Of a stretch of DNA of 64,000 bases, positions 23,399-34,876 are shown piece after piece (positions within the stretch are counted from its first letter, which is position 1; the number at the start of each line of letters is the position of its first letter). The notes below the pieces were generated by a model. It searched no databases and was not told the origin of the DNA. It was given only the letters and a program-made list of their open reading frames with translations. The stretch spans positions 21,755,696-21,819,695 of the forward strand of contig NC_057720.1 of NCBI RefSeq assembly GCF_004010195.1, written 5' to 3'. Source of the DNA: Chiloscyllium plagiosum (taxonomy: Eukaryota). The position numbers and the translations under genes are program-made.

Positions 23399-25457
23399 GT
23401 AGGTGAGCTAGTCCATTTTTTTTAGAGCAAAAGTTGTTTACTTTAACTCTTGTCTTATTGGATAAGTATGTTAAATGCACGGTACTGAATGATTATCTGC
23501 TTCTGTACATGGAAGGATGGTTATTCACAGGTGATTTTATTTTTGGTGCTATTAGAATTACCAACCCCATGCTTTTTTGGTCTGTGCATTGCCAGCACAG
23601 TTGACAAATGAGAATAGGAAGAAAAACTGGTATCTAATCAACATAAATTTGAGGAGTGATATTGTATGAGTAATCTTTATTGGAACATTAAAATCCAGGA
23701 AGAACATTCACAAGCTAGCTCAGTTGCTGAGATGGGCCATCTTGCATTTTGAGCCCTTAATGATGTTTAACAAAAGTTATGAATTACTGTCCTTTTTGAC
23801 CTTGGTTCTCCAGAGCATATCTGAGGTTAGCAACACTTGGTGTAGGAAAGGTAAATATCTTCTCCTGTGGCAATCTCCTAGATCTTCAAGTCACATTGAG
23901 AATCTTCTGAAATACTCCAGTGCAGTAGGCCTTCACATTTGAGAATTTAATATACTCTGTAAAAAGAACTGGTTTTTATTTATATTTTAGTTCAGTTAAA
24001 ATCCAGGTAAACCACTGCTATTCAGTAGTGACCGGTTCAGTCTCGACAATTGGTATTTGGGAAAAGAAATAGATTTTGTGTATTAGCTGCAGAGACCAGT
24101 TGGATTTAGGATTAAGCCTTTGGAATTTTTTTTTGCTCCTTATTTTTAACCATGAAGTCTTGAGGTAATTCCGATCATTTCTGTATCTATGCTATGCTGG
24201 CGTTGTGCATAGGGATGAACAAATTTGTGATGTTTGTGCAATAGAAAAGGATGAATTATTCCAAATTCGTTGTGTGGGCAGTCTGTCTCTAGAATGCTGC
24301 AGTGTAGTACCTCACATGATTGCTGCAGCATTCTAGAGACTGACTGCCCACACAATAACTTAAGATTTTATTCATAATAATATCTGCTATTGATTTTGAA
24401 GTAATTTTTATAATCTAGCTGACATCTATGTGGAGGCCTACACTTCTCCTTCCCTGATGTCCAAGTGTAATATATAACCCCATGTAATAGTCTCAAGATT
24501 GCATTAAATGGACAAAAATGGTTCATGTAATGTGGAATTGACAGGAACAGTGTGCAAGTCCAGGTGTGATTTGGTTGGCCAAGGATGCCTGAATTTCATA
24601 TTTTTACCCACTACTTAATGGGTGTAGGAAATAAAACAGCATGCAGCAGAACATTGTAAGCTGCAAGGTGACTTTTTAAAAAAAAATGAAAATATACTTA
24701 CGATTCAACGAACTCTCAACTATCAGGTGTATTCCATTCAGTCAGATTATGGCTGGTTTGTGCCTGAACTGCATTTACTCATAACTTCCCAGCCATTTTG
24801 TTGTAACAAACTTTGTGACTGCCTTATTACATTTGGCTTTTCAAAACATTTAATTTCCTGAGTGGGTTTATCTGAGCATGGAAAGCTGCTTCTGATTTAT
24901 ATCTTGATTATTGGAAGGCGCCAACTGTCAGAACAGGATTCTCTGGTTATTAATGGTTACAGCATTGGTCTGTTCTTTAGGTTTGGCTAGTTGCTTTGCA
25001 GTGCAAAATAAAGACTATTGTGTGGGAATCTGTCAAGTTGATAGCCTACGTTGGATGATATAATACAAGTTTTTTTAAAAATGGGGCCTCTGTTGTCGTA
25101 CTACAGAAGTAAAATCCCTACCCCTGAACTGCGAGGCTTGGGTTCAAGTCCCACCTGCTCCAGAGGTCTGTTAATAATATCTCTGAACAGTTCGATTGGA
25201 AAAATAGCTTTAAAATACTTGATTGAAACAAACACTACTGCAAAAAAATTTTTGTAATCTAGTTAGATCTAATTTTCTCCTTCCCACATTGCTGAGTCTT
25301 TAACTATATCCCAGGGAGGGGATGAGGTATTAGATTATCACTGAATTAGTAATCCAGACCCAGGTTTGAATTCCACCAAAGTAGATAGTGGAATTTGAAT
25401 TGCAATCAATCTGGAATAAAGATTCTAATGATGAGCACAAAACCATTGTTTGTTCTT

Positions 25458-26120
25458 TGGTGGCATGGCACAGTGATTAGCACTGCTTTCTCAGTGCTAG
25501 GGACCTGGATTTAATTTCAGCCTCCGGCAACTGTCGGTATGGAGTTTGCAGATTCTCTCCCTTTTGTCTGCATGGTTTTCCTCTCGGGTTCATCAGTCAG
25601 AGGGACTGGGTGGGTTACTCTTCGGAGGGTCGGTGTGGACTTGTTGGGCCGAAGGGCCTGTTTCCACACTGGGGAATCTAATCTAATAGTGGGTGGCACA
25701 GTGGTTAACACTGCTGCCTCACAGCGCCAGAGACCCAGGTTCAATTCCCACCTTGGGCGCATTCTCCCCATGTCTGCGTGGGTTTCCTCCCACAGTCCAA
25801 AAATGTGCAGGTTAGGTGAATTGGCCATGCTCAATTGCCTGTAGTGTTTGATGTAGGAGAATTGGTCTGGGTGGGTTGCTCTTCGGAGGGTCGGTGTGGG
25901 CTTGTTGGGCCGAAAGGCCTGTTTCCACAATATAAGTAATCTAATCTAATCAAAGGTGTGCAGGTTAAGTAAATTGGACATGCTAATTTGGCTATATATA
26001 GTGTTCAGGGATGTATAGGGTATTGGATTGGACATGGGAAATACAGAATTATAGGGATAGGGTAAGAGGGTAGGTCTGGTTGGGATGCTCTTTAGAGATA
26101 TGGACTCTATGGGCTGGATG
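25458..26120 (+). mobile_element. Tandem HE1-like SINE copies (two near-complete, one partial)
   Basis: Repeated GGCACAGTG(G/A)TTA(G/A)CACTGCT heads and ...GGGCCGAA(G/A)GGCCTGTTTCCACA..AATCTAATCTAAT tails. Confidence 0.75.
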
Positions 26121-26179
26121 TGTCCCTGTCCCTTCCCGTCCCTGTCCCTTCCCGTCCCTGGAATGAAACCTGATGGGTT

Positions 26180-27975
26180 ACCTGACACCAACTTTGCTGG
26201 AAACAACTGGAAATTCAATCCTAACATCTGGGATCAAAATTCCACTGTCTGAGTTGTCCCACAGTAGCCAGATATAACTGCTGACATGGAGTTATACCTT
26301 AAGAATATTTCCCAGAAAACATCAGCTGGCATCGCAGTTGGGCCTTTGAACTTTATACATTTCATGGGTTCCAGAGTTATCAGGTCAAACATTGTCTTCA
26401 TTATCACATGCCAGCACCCCCAATGGTGCTCAGTACCATTTGAAGGTGACACCATGTGCAGACTGCTCTCCCTGGGAGCTTCATTGTTCGTCACTGGTTC
26501 AGCATTGCCACTGACTGAGCTGATTGAAGCCTAAAGGACGTACCTATTAGATTGCCTGCCATGCCTCCATGTCTACCTGCCTACCCACCCACCCTTGACC
26601 TCATCCTCACCAATGCAGATGCATCTGTCCATGAAAGTAAGAGTCACCCATTTACAGCCCTTGGGGAGGTGAAGTCATATCTTCATAATTTGAGGATGAC
26701 TGCCAGCATACTGTGTGGCACTAGCATCATATTCAATGGGGTAGACTTCAAACAAATCTAACCACTTGACTGCAAGTGTGAGGTACTGTTAGCACTAGAA
26801 TTGTACTGCAATTCAATCTGTTGGTTTATCCCTCAATCCACCATTACTATCAGACTAAGGGATTGACCCTGTTTCAGTGAAAATTACTGGAAAGCGTGCC
26901 AACTGCTGCAAAGTAAGCTGTTACAGAATTAGCTGTGCCTCTTGCTCAGCTGTATTATGCAACAAAAATATTGGCATCTGCTCGGCAATGTGGAAGATTA
27001 CGTAGGTGTCCTCCTAAAAGCAAGTCAAATTCAACCTGGCCATTGCCACCTACTCTTGATACTTAGTGATGGATGGGTTGATACTTTTTTAGTCTGTGGA
27101 GCTTATTGATACAGAAGGCTATTGAGGCTGAGTCACTGAGTGTATTTAAGACCAAGATCGGATCTTGATTAGTAAAGGGATCAAGGTTTACGGAAGGAGA
27201 TAGGAGAATGGGGTTGAGAAACATCAGCCATGATCATATGGTGGAGCAGACCCACTGGGCCAAATGGCTTAATTCTGCTGCAGTATGTTGTGGTCTAATA
27301 TTCATCCCACAGAAGTGACAGGTGCTGACCATCCTCAATCAGGGAAAATCTAATGATCCCTCAACATTCAATGGCATTACCATCACTGAACTCCCAAATC
27401 AACATTCTGGGGCCTACCTTTTTGACCAGAAACCCAACTAGGTTGGCCATATAAATACTGTGCTGATGAGAGCAGAACAAAAGCTAGAAATCCTGCAGTG
27501 AGCAACTCTCCTCCTTATTCTTTTAAAGTATGTCAACCATCCTCAGGACGGGTCAGGAATGTGATGGAATACTCTCCACTTGACTGGATGAGTGGAGTTC
27601 AAACAACACTTGAGCTTGTATCATCAAGATAAAGCAGTCTGCTTTGGCAACGCTTCCACAAACATTCACTTTTTCCCCCACCACCGATGCATGGTCGCAT
27701 TGCTGATATTATTACAAGATGCATTGCAGAAATTCACCAAGGCTACTGAGACAGCACTTTCTAAAACCCACCACTGTTAGTATTTATAAGGATAGGGACC
27801 TCCACTATCTGCAAGTTTCCTCCCGGTTAGTTGTCATCCTGACATTGAAATATATTGCTGTCCCTTAGTATCCACCAGCTTTGTGGGCCTACCCAAAGAG
27901 GTCCTCTGGGACAATGTTGACTTTCCTTTTTAACTAAGCCGACTGCAGCGGTTTAAGAAATCAATTCATCACCAT
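26180..27975 (+). mobile_element. Old CR1/L2-clade LINE fragments
   Basis: Degenerate endonuclease/RT remnants (TLDLILTN); similar to the minus-strand copy at 53350-55080. Confidence 0.5.
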
Positions 27976-28770
27976 CTTCAAGGATGATTTGCAATGAAAA
28001 TTAAAATCACCTGCTTTAAAAAACATGATCTAGACTTCAGTGGGTTCTGAATTGCATCTCCATGTTAAGTACAAATATCACCTGGTCTCGTGTTACTTTG
28101 CCTGAAAATTGCACCATTGGTGTTGACTTTCTTTTTGCCAAAAGAGAGAAGAAAACAGAAAAAGACTGTGTTCATCCATTTGAGCTGGATTTGCCTTTTA
28201 AGTTACATTATGGCTAATTTGTAGATCAATTTCAAATGTTCACTTTGCTTCTGTCCCCTTCGACACCCCGTCTAACAATTTTTGGTACTCCATTTAAAAA
28301 TTTCAAAATGCACTTAGGTCAGATATTTTGTAGAAGGATGGAGTTCCATATTTTTGTGTGAAAGATGCTTCCTGAAACTTCTGAATAATCAAGCTCTGAT
28401 ATTAGGATTATGTTCCCTTGTTGGGAGTCTGATCAGAGGGAATAACATTTTTCACAATTGAAGTTGCTACGCAGCTAAAAGCCTTTTCGTGATTCTCCTC
28501 TACCCATGAGCAAAATTAATTCTCGTGGTCATCCCAACATCTATACAAAAATCTGATCATCATACACTAAAAACAAATCGGCATACATACCTTTAAAGTG
28601 ACTGGGAGAAAGTTAACCATGTTGTTGTTGTTTTGAATTAAAATTTACTCTTGTGAAAGTCCAGGTATGCATGGACGCAAGTGACCATGTTAGTGTTGGA
28701 TATTGATTACCATGGCTTTCTTTTGAAACAAATTTGAACAATAAAGAAGTTAATTTTAAAAAAAAAATAT

Positions 28771-29040
28771 TGTGCCATTTGTTGACCTAGGCCTGCACCA
28801 GTTGATTTCCTGATATGTTTTTGCTGCAATCTGTTGTGCTAACTCCTTCCATTTATAATTGTCATTTTTATATAGAATTATACACCACCATGTAGTCTGA
28901 TCAATATTTTATCATGCGTTCTAGAAAAAGAAATCTTTGATCAGACTACATGGTGGTATATAGTTCCAGTATAAAAATGACAATTATAATGGAAGGAGTC
29001 AGCACAACAGATTGTGCAGGCCTCGTCAACAAATGGCACA
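28771..29040. repeat. Long imperfect inverted repeat (hairpin), origin unassigned
   Basis: TGTGCCATTTGTTGAC...CCACCATGTAGTCTGATCAA (28771-28904) pairs with TTGATCAGACTACATGGTGG...GTCAACAAATGGCACA (28937-29040). Confidence 0.9.
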
Positions 29041-29400
29041 AACATTTTTTGAGAAAAAACACATCTTTGTTTTTTCTCATCAGTGGTATATAAATGTTAA
29101 TTAACTAAAATTACTGCTTGGAAGGGTTATCCTCATCCCCCACGCATGGAATTGCGGAAGTATTTTGTTCAGTACTGAGATACCGGTAACTAAATGGGTT
29201 TTTTTTGTGTGTATTATCTGATCCAAGTACAAGCAGCTAATTAGCTGCCGTGAAGTAGTCTCATTCCATTTAGTTTACATTTTAGTAGTTTCTACTTACT
29301 CATTTCAAAATCACTTTTAGAAAAGCTAAATTAACTTCTTCAGTGGTCATAGATTTTTCACTTTTTTTATTTTAGCAAATTATGAATTTATGTTCTGCAG

Positions 29401-29573
29401 CTAATGGCAGTGACAGCAAGAAATTTAAAGGTGACGATAAGATGATTGGTGCACCATCTCGTGTCCTCCACATCAGGAAGCTGTCTAGTGAAGTTACGGA
29501 AACTGAAGTCATAGCTTTGGGTTTACCATTTGGCAAGGTTACCAACATTTTGATGTTGAAAGGGAAAAACCAG
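29401..29573 (+). CDS. PTBP2: PTBP2 exon 4 (173 nt, start of RRM1)
   Basis: [11 protein letters not shown]...[10 protein letters not shown]...[22 protein letters not shown] acceptor, GTATGC donor. Confidence 0.95.
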
Positions 29574-30425
29574 GTATGCACAACCTAGAATATCAAGTGT
29601 ACTCTTATTTAAAGCAGATGTGAGTGCTGTTAACTGTGTTGAGCTATTTTTAATGTATAGCCACTAGTTGGATGGCGTTAAAATAAATCTTGTGACACGC
29701 AACATATTTGGCCCATTAACTTATGTAAAAGTAAAACAAATGTTAAATGGGGGTGGCCTTGATAGAGAACTTGCTGTATGCGTGCTAACGTCACCTAACA
29801 TCATTTACATGTTCAAATATTTCAGTTCTTCCCCTCCTCCCTCCTCTCTTTCTCCCTCCTACCGTACACTTTGAGTGTAACATTATTTGCACTTTTTCAT
29901 TTGTGAAAAGAGCTTCATAATCTTAGAGGTTTATGAAATAAAGGAGAACATTAATTTCAACATCAGCAGTGTAACTGCTGTTTATTTCCAAGTCTCTGAC
30001 TTGGTGTCACATGATGCAGATCGTCTGAAGGGTCACGGTCACTGTCTGTGACTCGTTTCTGATAGTTAATGTTCTGATCTGGAGCATGAGTAAAAGATGG
30101 GAAATATATCCTGGGTGGAAAGTACTACTTGACAAGAGTGGCAGTACAACGTGGTTGACCGTGCTTGGAAACCTGAGCTGTACATTTTCATTAATCTTGA
30201 GGAATATAGTCAGGTAGGACTTGAAAGACCTGACAGAAAGTTAAGTGGGAACCCATATTGAATTGTTTTGATTGCATTTCAATATAATTATTAATTTAAA
30301 AAAAAAATTCAGCATGTTGTGTTTTTAACACTACTGTTAAAAATATGTTCATCTGGTTGCATAAAAGCAGTGTGAAGCAACTAATTTTTTTGTCTCTTTC
30401 CATTCCATACAATAATACTTTGACT

Positions 30426-30791
30426 TTCAAAGTTTGAGAGAAGATTTGTAGCTCGGGTGCTTGTTGCTGTGGTTCTGTTCGCCGAGCTGGAAGTTTTTGT
30501 TGCAAACGTTTCGTCCCCTGTCTAGGTGACATCCTCAGTGCTTGGGAGCCTCCTGTGAAGCGCTTCTGTGGTGTTTCCTCCGGCATTTACAGTGGCCTGT
30601 CCCTGCCGCTTCCGGTTGTCAGTTTCAGCTGTCCGCTGTAGTGGCCGGTAAGGGACAGGCCACTGTAAATGCCGGAGGAAACACCACAGAAGCGCTTCAC
30701 AGGAGGCTCCCAAGCACTGAGGATGTCACCTAGACAGGGGACGAAACGTTTGCAACAAAAACTTCCAGCTCGGCGAACAGAACCACAGCAA
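30426..30791. mobile_element. Young Penelope-type terminal element as a perfect 141-bp inverted repeat
   Basis: 30464-30604 is the exact reverse complement of 30651-30791; 46-nt spacer; 12-bp TSD AATACTTTGACT at 30414-30425 and 30790-30801. Confidence 0.88.
30714..30753 (+). ncRNA. Minimal type I hammerhead ribozyme motif (mirror copy on the minus strand at 30502-30541)
   Basis: GCA-CUGAGGA-U-GUCACCU-AGAC-AGGGGAC-GAAAC-GUU-UGC: core boxes, 7-position stem II with one mismatch, palindromic AAACGUUU and 3-bp stem I. Confidence 0.65.
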
Positions 30792-31049
30792 TACTTTGAC
30801 TGTCTGAGCATGTTTACTATCATTGTTGTGAATGCCTTCAACGGTTCAGTGAGGCCTAATTTCCTCCCTTCTAACTGATCAGATTAATCTTCAGAAATCT
30901 TGTCAATTGCTGAACAATAATTTATGCTGGGCATCATATCACTTGCCAATAATTCTGTCGTACTTCAACAGGTTTTTAATGGGTAGAAGTTTTTTAAACT
31001 GGGAAAAGGCCAAATCTTATGGTCAGTTATAATTTGGCCAGAGTGGACT

Positions 31050-33843
31050 AGGAGCAGATACATCTAATTAGGTAAATCTCTCAGAGCAGCGGGACACACT
31101 CGAAGAAATAGGGAGAATCCAAGTCTAATATCTTTCAATAAAGATAGTGGGACCAACAAATCCTGTGAACTCTGGATATCAAGATACATCCAAAATTAGA
31201 TAGGCTTATAGCAGATACTGAAAGCTTAAAACAACAAAAGCCTCAGGAGCATAGAATGTGCAAGGGGAAACTTAAAAAGAAAATCTGAGAGAAGATAAGG
31301 TGACATGAAATAACAATGGCAGGTAAAATTAAGGAAAATCCTAATTTATTGTACAAGTACATTTAAGGGTAACTAGGCAAAAAGTACGGCCAATTACGAG
31401 TCAGTCTTAATTTGTGTTTGGAACCTGGGGATATAGGTAACTTTCCAAATGAATTATTCTGTTGGTGTTCATTAGTGTTACAAAGCGGAGGTCAACACCT
31501 TCCTGAGAATTAAAACTGAAACACGCAGAAAAGAACACATTTGTCTCTTAATCTGATAGTGTGACAAATGGTATGACTGACCTCTTATCCCCACAAACGG
31601 TTATAAAGGAGTGGTTAACTGAAATGAAATTCTTTCACTTGCTCTGCAGTTAACAAGTAACAAATTATTTATTCTAACTCCAACAGTGAACAAATTAACA
31701 ATTCCTAAAAAACTGAACAATTACTCCCTTAGTGAATTAAATTCTATTGGTATGCTGTTTCAATAATATGGGATCCAATTAATAAGAACAATAAGTTAAA
31801 ACTTAATCTCAAGTTCACAGGAATGGATCCTCTGGAATGCTTCTCTTCCTGTCTGCTGATTCTGCTGTCAGGGATGCTTTCTGTATAATTCTTCTGTTCT
31901 GAACGTCTTCAGTCAGTTTCTGGTGTTAGAATATTATCTAAACGTGCCTTGTACCTTTTATGGATAAGTGGTGCTTTTTTTCGAGTGCAGAGATTTCTTG
32001 AGTCCAATATTTCTTTCTCAGATGGCAGGTGGCTCTCCTCCCAATTTTCAAATATCCACATCTTTTTATACATATTACTTCGTTTAAATCTGATTTTGGT
32101 TTGAGGTTGTCAAAACCAACAGATTTAAATTCAATTGGTCCTTAGTCTCCAAATACCTTTTCAAATTAATGGGCTGAATTTAAACTGTTGTCTGGGTTAA
32201 AAAAAATGCTGCTTGGGCCTGTTAACTGGCTTTTGATAATGTCGCTCACCTACAGACATTTCATTTTTAAATCTCAAAACACGGAAAGGAACACCACCTT
32301 TTAAAAGGGACATGGCAATGCTTTCCCCCATTTTACAATTTAAACCTTTTTCTTTTACACACCAACTTTGTGAGACTAGTGAGAGGGACTGTGTGTGTTT
32401 AGGAATAGGCAAAAGGGCTATGATATACTTAAAGAATTAGCATGGGCAGGGAGTAAGTTCTGGCTCATGGTAGTCTTAATTGTTGATAAATTTCCAGGGT
32501 TGGGTAAAATGTGCCCAAGCTGTTCAGGGAGGCAGAAGAATGAGCAGTAATTTTCAGTCCTCAAATACATGCGTATGTGCACATGACTGGAGGACAGCTG
32601 TAAGACAGTAAGATATGAGTCAAAGAGCCTAATTCTACTCATTCGAATCTGCTCCACCATTCAGTCATGGCCGATGTGATTCTCAACTGCTTTCCCCCGC
32701 CTTCTCCCTGTAACTTTTGATCCCCTTTAAGTGCCAATGTTGTACAGTTATTCAAAAACACGCAAGTGATAAACCAGGAAACTACAGGCCACTCGGACGA
32801 GCCTCCGTGGTATGGAAACTACTGGGAGCACTGCTGAGGAACAGAATTAATTTGCGCTTGGAGAGGCAGAAATTAATAAGAACAGTGAGCATAGGTTTTT
32901 AAGGCGAAGTAGTGTCTGACTTGAATTTTTTTGAAGCGATAACCAGGTGTATAGATGAGCGTAATACTTGGGTTTCAGCAAGGCTTTTGTTAAGGTAGCA
33001 TATGGGAGTCTCTTAGTGAAGGTAAGAACCCATGGGCTGCAAGGAAATTGGCTAATTGGATCCAAAATTGGCTGAGTGGCAGGAAGCAGAGGGTGACAGT
33101 CCAGGGCTTTTAGTAACTGGAACCTTGTGCACAGTGGGGTTCTACAAGGATCCATGTTGTGGACTTTGCTGTCTTTTATGTATAACCTATTTAAACTTTA
33201 ATGTAGGAAGGTTGATCAATAAGTTCACGGATGATACAAGAATTAGTGAGGTGTTAACTCCTGATGAGGGTAGCCTTTGATTTACAGGAGGATATAGACT
33301 AGCTGATCTGTGGTAAATGGAATTTCATTTGGATAAATCTGGGGTGATGCCTTGTTTGTCCTGCCCAAGTTCAAGCAAATGTCTGATGAAAGCCCGAGAA
33401 GCACACAGGTTTGGGGGAACTTGGTGTATATGTCCACCGGTACCTTAAGATAGTGGGGAAGGCACAGGGAAACTCCAATTCTATGCCTCAGATAATAAAA
33501 TTAAGAGCTGAGAGATTATGCCAGACTGTATAAAATGTTTAGGCTGCAACTAAAATAGTGTCTATAGTTCTGGAATCTACTTTATAAGAGAGATGTGATT
33601 GCATTGAGGAGGATCTAAAAGAATTTATTAGGATGTTGCTTGGGCTGGAGAGATTATTTCCCTTGTAGCACAAGAGACTGAGGGGGTTGCATTGAGATGT
33701 ATGAAATTTGAGGCATAACAGGGTAGACAGGAATAAATGCTTTCCATTTGGAGGGATTGGTGACTGGGTCATAAGGTGAGAGTCAGCAGGTTTAGAGGAT
33801 GTGAGCAAACATTTTCTCTCCCAATTGGTGGTGGGAATCTAGA
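31050..33843 (+). mobile_element. Degenerate CR1-type LINE ORF2, interrupted by a solo LTR and a PLE
   Basis: DKPGNYRP, INKFTDDT remnants; continues after 34270 with the 3' tail. Confidence 0.65.
31476..32375 (-). mobile_element. Probable solo LTR (about 900 bp) inserted in the CR1
   Basis: Ends TGTTACAAAG ... CTTTGTGAGA (imperfect inverted termini); flanks TTAG/CTAG; CR1 sequence resumes on removal; AATAAA on the minus strand near 31668. Confidence 0.55.
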
Positions 33844-34252
33844 GGCTGGAAACCAGAGAAGGGCTTTTGCCCAAAACATCGATTTTCCTGCTCCTCTGCT
33901 GCCTGACCTGTCCGTTTCCAGCACCACTCTAAGCTAGACTGGTTTCCAGCACCTGCAGTCCTCACTTTTGCCTAGTTGATTTTAACCTTACTGCGAATCC
34001 TCTTGCAAGGATGTCGACCTTGAAGTTCTCCTCTCCACAAAAATCTGAGTCTCTCCCTCTCTCTCCCTCTCTCTCCCTCTCTCCCCCTCTCTCCTCTCTC
34101 CCTCTCTCCCTCTCTCCCTCTCTCCCTCTCTCCCTGCAACCCCCAGAACATCTTATCCATTCCTGATGAAGGACTTTTGCCCAAAGCATCAATTTTCCTG
34201 CTCCTCAGATGCTGCCTGACCTGCTGTGCTTTTCCAGCAGCACTCTAATCTA
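33844..34252 (+). mobile_element. Tandem PLE terminal repeats (two decayed hammerhead motifs about 315 nt apart, CT-rich spacer)
   Basis: AAGG(G/A)CTTTTGCCCAAA.CATC.ATTTTCCTGCTCCTC repeated at about 33856 and 34169; 17-bp TSD GGT(G/A)GTGGGAATCTAGA at 33827-33843 and 34253-34269. Confidence 0.78.
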
Positions 34253-34669
34253 GGTAGTGGGAATCTAGAACTCACTGCTTGTAAAAACATTTAAATATTT
34301 AGATATATACTTGTCATGCCAAGACATGCAAGGCTATGGGCCAAGTGCTGGAAAATGAGATTAAAATAGTTAAGTGGTTTTTGCCTGGTGCCGACTTGAT
34401 GGGTTGAAAGCCCATTTTGTGCTGTGGACCTCTTGAGTGTATGTGTGAGAATGGTAAACCCTGGAGGCAACAGGCATAGGTAACTGTTTCATCCCAAGAA
34501 GAGCCGAGACTAGTTTGAGGAATAATCTGGATTAGTTCAGAAGTGAATATTTTCAGGAATCTGAAGTAAAAGCAGAAAATGTTCGTAATATTCAGGAGCA
34601 GAAAGAGAAACCAAGTCAGTGTTTCAGCTTGATGACCTATTATCACAACTTGGAAATGTTAGAGATGTA

Positions 34670-34876
34670 CAGGTGGTTCTTCTATAACAGAATGATTGAT
34701 TGTGTTCTTGTGCAACTCCGTGTTATAGAAAAATTGCACTTTAGAAGTGTTTAGGGTTGGCAATAAAAGTATTACAGCCAACATGTTTTAAAAGTTAACG
34801 TTTTAGAAACAATGTTCCCAATTTATCAATTATGTTATCATGAATTTGCATTAGCGTGTTATAGCAGAATGACCTG
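34670..34876. mobile_element. Tc1/mariner (Tigger/pogo-like) MITE
   Basis: TIRs CAGGTGGTTCTTCTATAACA / TGTTATAGCAGAATGACCTG flanked by TA on both sides. Confidence 0.75.

Noticed and set aside
23399..23408. Alternative donor 4 nt downstream of exon 3 (GTAG|GTGAG)
   Set aside because: It would frameshift. Such tandem donors are common and there is no evidence of use, so the frame-preserving site was kept.
25090..25450. tRNA-like boxes (GGTTCAAGTCCC, GGTTTGAATTCC), also at about 16200, 50530 and 63870
   Set aside because: No cloverleaf or acceptor stem; best explained as decayed SINE heads, not tRNA genes.
29233..29248. 16-bp palindrome GCAGCTAATTAGCTGC (homeodomain-like TAATTA)
   Set aside because: Too short to assign a function without conservation data.
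30296..30878. Five overlapping ORFs, two pairs starting identically on opposite strands
   Set aside because: A by-product of the perfect inverted repeat; no protein motif.
33962..34192. Arg/Glu/Gly-rich minus-strand ORFs
   Set aside because: Translation of the CT microsatellite.
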